A program made the translations under genes and the position numbers. The notes under the pieces were generated by a model that worked only from the letters and a program-made list of their open reading frames with translations, had not been told where the DNA came from and did not search any database. A stretch of 64,000 bases of DNA, from the sequence record MZ502379.1. One strand, written 5' to 3'. Shown here one piece after another: positions 58,903 through 64,000 of the stretch. Numbering within the stretch: the stretch's first letter is position 1; the number at the start of each line of letters is the position of its first letter. Origin of the DNA: Escherichia phage vB_EcoM_Shinka.

Positions 58903-59096
58903 ACTAATTCCTTTAATCCGTAGATAGGAGATAATTCATCACCCATACGAAGGTCTTCATTTCCATCTACCCAGGAAACAATATAAGCCTCTTTTATTTG
59001 AATACCACTCCATTTAAATGGAGGTAAAACCTTAGAAATTAATCCAGGTATACCAACTCCCTTTAATTCAACGGTTTGACCTAAAAAGAATTTCAT
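58899..59096 (-). CDS. hypothetical protein (65 aa)
   Basis: ORF in overlapping early gene string. Confidence 0.5.
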   Translation of the reverse strand: MKFFLGQTVELKGVGIPGLISKVLPPFKWSGIQIKEAYIVSWVDGNEDLRMGDELSPIYGLKELV

Positions 59097-59434
59097 TAAA
59101 ACCTCATCTGAAAACCGTGCGATTTAACATTACCGCCGCCAATATCAGAGATATTAATTTCGCGCGCAATTGAAGGGTCAATGTCAATTTCGCGATTGAG
59201 TTTAGTGATAGCTAAAGTATCACGCCCATTTACAGTACGGAACTCTAAAGGACAAACCACATCAACGTAGTTTTTAATAGATTCGCTAGTAGGTTGCAAA
59301 TGAGCAGGAAGGTCTTTGGGCGCCTTTGAGAAAACCACTTCACAGAAATTTTTACGGGTATCAAAATAAGTAGTCATAAACATAACATTTTCCTCAGTAA
59401 GGGGCCAAAGCCCCTCATTTATTTTAAATATCAA
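59096..59434 (-). CDS. hypothetical protein (112 aa)
   Basis: ORF in overlapping early gene string. Confidence 0.5.
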   Translation of the reverse strand: MIFKINEGLWPLTEENVMFMTTYFDTRKNFCEVVFSKAPKDLPAHLQPTSESIKNYVDVVCPLEFRTVNGRDTLAITKLNREIDIDPSIAREINISDIGGGNVKSHGFQMRF

Positions 59435-59789
59435 ATTCGTTAAGAACTACATCAAAGATTGCTTCAAGATGCTCAGGTTTAGCTCTGTTACTCAGAATAT
59501 GACGAATCCAAGTTTTAACCAAAAGCTTGCGATTAACGCCATTCCAGCAAGGATGAGTCCCTAAATCGCGTTCACGGAAATCATCATCCAGAGCGATTTT
59601 AAAGTTGGAACCTTCCATCGTGATTGAAACCGTGATACCGTTTTCAAATCGCATATAAACGTAATTAGGAGTCATATACTGCTCAATTTCGCATACTGAT
59701 CCATTTTGATGTTTCCAAAGGCAAATAGTATCAATAGAACCTGCAATACCATTAGAAACATATTTACGTTCAAAGTTGATGTAGTTCAT
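59424..59789 (-). CDS. hypothetical protein (121 aa)
   Basis: ORF in overlapping early gene string. Confidence 0.5.
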   Translation of the reverse strand: MNYINFERKYVSNGIAGSIDTICLWKHQNGSVCEIEQYMTPNYVYMRFENGITVSITMEGSNFKIALDDDFRERDLGTHPCWNGVNRKLLVKTWIRHILSNRAKPEHLEAIFDVVLNEFDI

Positions 59790-59857
59790 TTTTATTCTCC
59801 AAGATGTTTAATTGCGGTACAGGTATATAATATCATATCCTGTACCAAAGTAAACAA

Positions 59858-60190
59858 TTATTTTACTACTTTCCAATGCTGCATGTCAAGTTTACCAACT
59901 TTTTTCATCTTCTCAATTAAGCGTTCGGCACGTTGGCGAGCTGTAACATAATACCATTCACCTAATTCATTTTGTTCAATTTTTCCAACGATTACTGTAT
60001 TCAATTCATAAATCCAACCAGTAAAGAAATTATGAACTTGAATTGTAAAGGTGAAATCTGTTCCCATACCTTCTGTTGTTTCTACTTCAATAATATCACC
60101 TTCAACTGCCATTAAGAACCACATAGTTTCATCATATTTACCATTGAAGCATTTAGTTTTAACTGCAGCGTTCAGATTAATCGTTTTCAT
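59858..60190 (-). CDS. hypothetical protein (110 aa)
   Basis: ORF preceded by an early promoter motif (60213..60247). Confidence 0.5.
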   Translation of the reverse strand: MKTINLNAAVKTKCFNGKYDETMWFLMAVEGDIIEVETTEGMGTDFTFTIQVHNFFTGWIYELNTVIVGKIEQNELGEWYYVTARQRAERLIEKMKKVGKLDMQHWKVVK

Positions 60191-60212
60191 TTTATTCTCC
60201 TTTGTTTGTGTA

Positions 60213-60247
60213 AGATAATACTATCACAAAGGAACCATACTGTAAAC
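60213..60247 (-). promoter_or_regulatory. T4-type early promoter
   Basis: minus-strand GTTTACA (rc 60241..60247) with AT-rich -10 ~17 nt downstream. Confidence 0.4.
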
Positions 60248-60300
60248 AACTTTATGCAATCTTTGGAAAATAAAAAAGGACTCCCGAAGGAGTCCTCAAC

Positions 60301-60477
60301 TTATGCTTTCTGCTTACCAAAACGAGAAGCATCATCTCGAAGAACCGCACGTGCTCGGCGCATGATCTTCTCAACAGTTTGATTGATACGAGAGTTCGAC
60401 CCACGCTTGTAGCCAGCGCGTTTAGAATCACCAACTTTCTTTTCAACTGCTTTCTTTGCTTTAGCTTGTTTTGCCAT
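60301..60477 (-). CDS. small lysine/arginine-rich protein (58 aa)
   Basis: ATG at 60477 (MAKQAKAKKAVEKK...); track ORF extends upstream to a non-ATG start; GC hairpin terminator directly downstream. Confidence 0.5.
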   Translation of the reverse strand: MAKQAKAKKAVEKKVGDSKRAGYKRGSNSRINQTVEKIMRRARAVLRDDASRFGKQKA

Positions 60478-60721
60478 TATAAATTCTCTTTTAAATGAAA
60501 ATGCAGGACTTATTGGCATTGCCTGCGCAAGCCCTCAAGGGGAACATAGGTTTTTGGATATTTAACGACCAGGATAACCATAAACCCGTCATCATTCACA
60601 TTCAAGAGGTACACCGTAAAACTGCCGGGGTCTTAAAACTATAATGATTCGCAAATCATTAATCAGACAGTTCGACGGCTCCTCGATTTAGCTCACACTA
60701 AGGCAGTGAATCTCCAATAAA

Positions 60722-60970
60722 TTACTTCAATGTTACCACAAAGTGACGAACTGCTTTTCGCGCAGCAGAAGCCAAAGGCTTAGCATATTTAAGTTCATCT
60801 TTTTCCTGAAGCTCAGCAGCTAATGCAGTTTGAGCAGGATTCAGATGTTTGAAATAACGCAGGATTTCAAGAGCTTCGGCTTCAACATCAATAGATGCGC
60901 CATAGTTTTCGTGACCATTATTCCATGCGTTTCGTTGCAGTTCAAGAGCGTGTTGTAATTGTTTAATCAT
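60722..60970 (-). CDS. rIII: lysis inhibition accessory protein rIII
   Basis: 82 aa; precedes gene 31 region as in T4. Confidence 0.8.
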   Translation of the reverse strand: MIKQLQHALELQRNAWNNGHENYGASIDVEAEALEILRYFKHLNPAQTALAAELQEKDELKYAKPLASAARKAVRHFVVTLK

Positions 60971-61117
60971 TTAAAAATTCTCGTTAGAGATTAAAACTCG
61001 GTAGTCACGTTCTTCTGAATTTCATCTTCTTTCGACAGATCTCTCAGTTGTAGACTACCACATAGAATTGTTCGGTTAACTTATTATTCCGACACCCAAT
61101 TCATATTATTATTTATA

Positions 61118-61453
61118 TCACTTATAAAGACACGGAATAGCTTTATAGTGACAGGTAACGAATTTTTGTTTAATTTCTTTTGGCTGCTTAAGACCCAGAG
61201 CTACAAAAGGATGCGGAACATTTCGAATTTGACCAACTGGAAGAGAAGTCAAATCGCCAACTTCGCAGAAACCTTCAGGAACATCAGGACCGACAGAGTG
61301 AACTACACACAGTTCAGGAACTTCACCTTGAACACGTTTACCGATAATAAGTCCTGATTCTGTAACTTCTTCATCACCGGCTTGTGCAGGTTCAGAAACT
61401 AAAATAACATATTCACCGACAGCACGAATTGGTAGCTGTTGTACTTCAGACAT
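61118..61453 (-). CDS. 31: GroES-like co-chaperonin gp31
   Basis: 111 aa; [21 protein letters not shown]... Confidence 0.9.
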
Positions 61454-61480
61454 CGTTTTTCCTTTTTGTTAACAGATGAA

Positions 61481-61509
61481 TTAATAATAACAAATAATTC
61501 TTAAAGCAT
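61481..61509 (-). promoter_or_regulatory. MotA-box middle promoter upstream of gene 31
   Basis: 29-nt element identical to 2745..2773; minus-strand TGCTTTA box plus TATTAT. Confidence 0.45.
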
Positions 61510-61818
61510 TTATTTACCAATAAATTGAAGCAAATGCTCAACTTTCATACCATTAACGGAAATCAATTTGTCAATAGAAAAACCTCGCCATGCACCAAGC
61601 TCAACATCAAATACCGGAATCATGTCAGTAGATTCTTTCCGAGTAGATTCAGTCAATTTGCCAGTTTGCATGGTTGGCATAAAGTCCGCGTCGCGAGTAC
61701 CTTTCATAACACGAATAGTACCGTCAGACTTTTCAAAAACTACGTTTGAAACACCCATGGACAATTTAGTTTTCAAAATTTCACGAATTGCTACTTTCTG
61801 CTCAGTTGTCAGTTTCAT
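61510..61818 (-). CDS. hypothetical protein (102 aa)
   Basis: ORF at the T4 31.1 position. Confidence 0.55.
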   Translation of the reverse strand: MKLTTEQKVAIREILKTKLSMGVSNVVFEKSDGTIRVMKGTRDADFMPTMQTGKLTESTRKESTDMIPVFDVELGAWRGFSIDKLISVNGMKVEHLLQFIGK

Positions 61819-62055
61819 TTATTTACCTATTACAGTTTTAATATGAGTTGTTCCACGTTCTTTAAGGGTGGAAAGTAATTTTTGGCATTTTTCTAAATCA
61901 GATTTCCAACTATATGGTCTATCAATACAAACCCATTCTGACTTATAATACTGCTTCCATTTAGAGAAAAAATATTTCTTATACTCTACAGCAAATGAAA
62001 TGTTCTCGTTGGAATAAGAACTAATTGCTGTGAGTTGTACCAAACGAAATTTCAT
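61819..62055 (-). CDS. hypothetical protein (78 aa)
   Basis: ORF at the T4 31.2 position. Confidence 0.5.
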   Translation of the reverse strand: MKFRLVQLTAISSYSNENISFAVEYKKYFFSKWKQYYKSEWVCIDRPYSWKSDLEKCQKLLSTLKERGTTHIKTVIGK

Positions 62056-62636
62056 TATTCACCACAGAATTCGTTGATATTTTCCCAGTTTAACTTATTC
62101 AAGTTTTTCTTAGGAACATTAAACACTTCAATACCTGCATTTCGCAGAATATCATCCCAGCCAGGTTTATTTTTATCATATGTTTCGCAATAAACCAGCT
62201 TTTTAATACCAGATTGAGCTATCGCTTTTGCACAATCTGGACAAGGAGAAAGTGTTACATACATAGTAGCACCTTCAATAGAAGAGCCATTTCGTGCAGC
62301 AAACAAAATCGCATTTAGTTCAGCATGAATTTCATTTTTAGATGACCATTCCGAGTGAGCACTACGATGTTCTTTCGCCAAGACAAAACGATCAGTTGAA
62401 CCAAATGATACGCATTCAGGCTTATGACCTTGAATGATAGTATGTTTAGGCTTATTCAATAACCAACCTTGCTCAGCAGCATAATCACAACAGTTCACAC
62501 CCCCTGCGGGTGAACCATTATACCCAGTAGAAATAATACGTCCATTCTTTTCAATTACTGCTCCTACCTTCCAGGAGCAACATTTTGATTCTTGTGATAC
62601 TAAATATGCAATTTGAAGTACTGTACTCGCTTTCAT
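62055..62636 (-). CDS. cd: dCMP deaminase
   Basis: 193 aa; zinc motifs HAELNAI and PCPDCAKAI. Confidence 0.9.
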   Translation of the reverse strand: MKASTVLQIAYLVSQESKCCSWKVGAVIEKNGRIISTGYNGSPAGGVNCCDYAAEQGWLLNKPKHTIIQGHKPECVSFGSTDRFVLAKEHRSAHSEWSSKNEIHAELNAILFAARNGSSIEGATMYVTLSPCPDCAKAIAQSGIKKLVYCETYDKNKPGWDDILRNAGIEVFNVPKKNLNKLNWENINEFCGE

Positions 62637-62971
62637 TTCATAATCACCAGATAAGCAGATTTAGCAGTTTCAACACGATAAATTTCGTGACGAAGTTTAG
62701 TTATACTTTTAATAACAGAACTAATTATATTCTGCCCATCTTTAAAGCGGTTTTTCTTATCAATAAAAATTGCGCCAACCATCTTTTTGTGAAGCTCAAC
62801 TGGATACTTCGTCACAATAATAGCATCATACACAGAAGGATGAATACTATTCACTAGAGTGTCATTCATTAAAGTTATTCTAATGAACTGTACTGTTTCA
62901 GAGTCAAGCGCTCTATGATCGCCAGTATCATTTTCAAGACAATTATCAATTATATCAGTTAAATTCATCAT
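62633..62971 (-). CDS. hypothetical protein (112 aa)
   Basis: ORF overlapping cd start. Confidence 0.5.
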   Translation of the reverse strand: MMNLTDIIDNCLENDTGDHRALDSETVQFIRITLMNDTLVNSIHPSVYDAIIVTKYPVELHKKMVGAIFIDKKNRFKDGQNIISSVIKSITKLRHEIYRVETAKSAYLVIMK

Positions 62972-63204
62972 AGTACGCCATACACCCTTTGTGCTTCAAC
63001 TAATCCATCAAAATCCAGTTTAAGATGCGATATTTGATCGCCATCACCTGGATTCACAATTACTAATACTGAACGAGGAGTTTCGGTAATAACACGAACC
63101 GACGTTTCAGGAAATCGTTCAGAAACCTTATTTACTAATTCCTGTGCAAATAGTTTAACTTTTTCTTGGAATTCTTTAACAGTAATTGGTTTTTCACTTA
63201 GCAT
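62968..63204 (-). CDS. hypothetical protein (78 aa)
   Basis: ORF in overlapping gene string. Confidence 0.5.
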   Translation of the reverse strand: MLSEKPITVKEFQEKVKLFAQELVNKVSERFPETSVRVITETPRSVLVIVNPGDGDQISHLKLDFDGLVEAQRVYGVL

Positions 63205-63725
63205 GTTGATCCCAGCTCCTTACTTTCAACGTTTTTAACTAATTTGACAGAAACTAATTCAGCATCTTGAGTAATCATTACCGGACCTTCTTCATACTCT
63301 TCAAGATATTCTAGAGCTTTATTTTTAGCTTCTTCCTTCGTATCAGTTTGAGCATAGATATAAAACATACAACCAGTAATACCTACTACTTTCCACTTAA
63401 TTTCTTTATCAGTTTTAATTTCAAATTTACTGGCAGAATCATCTTTTTGAACTTCTTCGAAAAAAGAATATTCTAACATATAAGCAATTGAAAATAACGG
63501 GCTAACTTTATAGGATTCGCCCATTACATCAACAGCTTTATACCAGCAGTCATCAATTTCGCGTTTAATGCTAATAACATTTTTCGCAGGATCTATTTTT
63601 ACTTTAAATGAATTTTCCCCAATAAACTGGGCAATTCGTTTATTAGCCCCGCAAGTTTCATTAAAAATATCTTTATACCCAGTTTTAAAGCGATAAACCT
63701 TATCTTCTTCAAACCATTCGCTCAT
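63198..63725 (-). CDS. hypothetical protein (175 aa)
   Basis: ORF; early promoter motif at 63753..63787. Confidence 0.5.
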   Translation of the reverse strand: MSEWFEEDKVYRFKTGYKDIFNETCGANKRIAQFIGENSFKVKIDPAKNVISIKREIDDCWYKAVDVMGESYKVSPLFSIAYMLEYSFFEEVQKDDSASKFEIKTDKEIKWKVVGITGCMFYIYAQTDTKEEAKNKALEYLEEYEEGPVMITQDAELVSVKLVKNVESKELGSTC

Positions 63726-63786
63726 TTCAATTTCCTCGTTTGTTTTGGTAGAGCTATAATATCACAACTCTACCGTAAAGTAAACT

Positions 63787-64000
63787 TTAAATTGCTTTGA
63801 ATTCTGATGTCTGTGATTCAAAGCGAATATCGCCTTTGATGACTAGCTCAGCATCAAGACCGAATACGACAATGATATGCGCGGAACCTGGATACAACGT
63901 GATGGCAACAGAATCCACCTGGTCTGGAAGCAAAGTGTTCAATACATGAGTCACTTGAGCATGGATTCGAAGCTCAGCTGCGTTATCAAGTTTTTCAAAC
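63787..64000 (-). CDS. partial CDS, 5' end beyond window
   Basis: one minus-strand frame is open from the window edge to a TAA at 63787..63789 (hand translated ...LPDQVDSVAITLYPGSAHIIVVFGLDAELVIKGDIRFESQTSEFKAI*). Confidence 0.35.
   Translation of the reverse strand, partial: FEKLDNAAELRIHAQVTHVLNTLLPDQVDSVAITLYPGSAHIIVVFGLDAELVIKGDIRFESQTSEFKAI

Overview
This window reads as a contiguous segment of a T4-like (Tevenvirinae, Tequatrovirus-type) myovirus genome. Gene order and protein sequences are colinear with the T4 map from the internal-protein/tRNA region through genes 57B-57A-1-3-2-4 (minus strand), the late morphogenesis block 53-5-6-7-8-9-10-11-12-wac-13-14-15-16-17-18-19-20-67-68-21-22-23-24 (plus strand), rnlB-hoc-inh / uvsW / uvsY-25-26 / 51-27-28-29-48-54, and then alt-30-(30.x)-rIII-31-cd (minus strand). 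It is not T4 itself as I recall that genome: it carries a compact 10-tRNA array (the eight T4 species plus Tyr and Asn), two full-length alt paralogs, and no homing-endonuclease ORFs between 23/24 or inh/uvsW. I found no single clearly undescribed system; the best candidates are a neighbourhood of two Alt ADP-ribosyltransferases, ligase, a HAD-like hydrolase and a NADAR-like protein, plus a hyperplastic early region with capsid-targeted internal-protein-like genes flanked by repeated terminator hairpins. Product calls rest on protein length, gene order and motifs read by eye; no database search was run. Hand-placed RNA, promoter and terminator coordinates may be off by 1-2 nt. The ORF track uses TTG/GTG starts in places, so several starts were moved to the first ATG with a Shine-Dalgarno.
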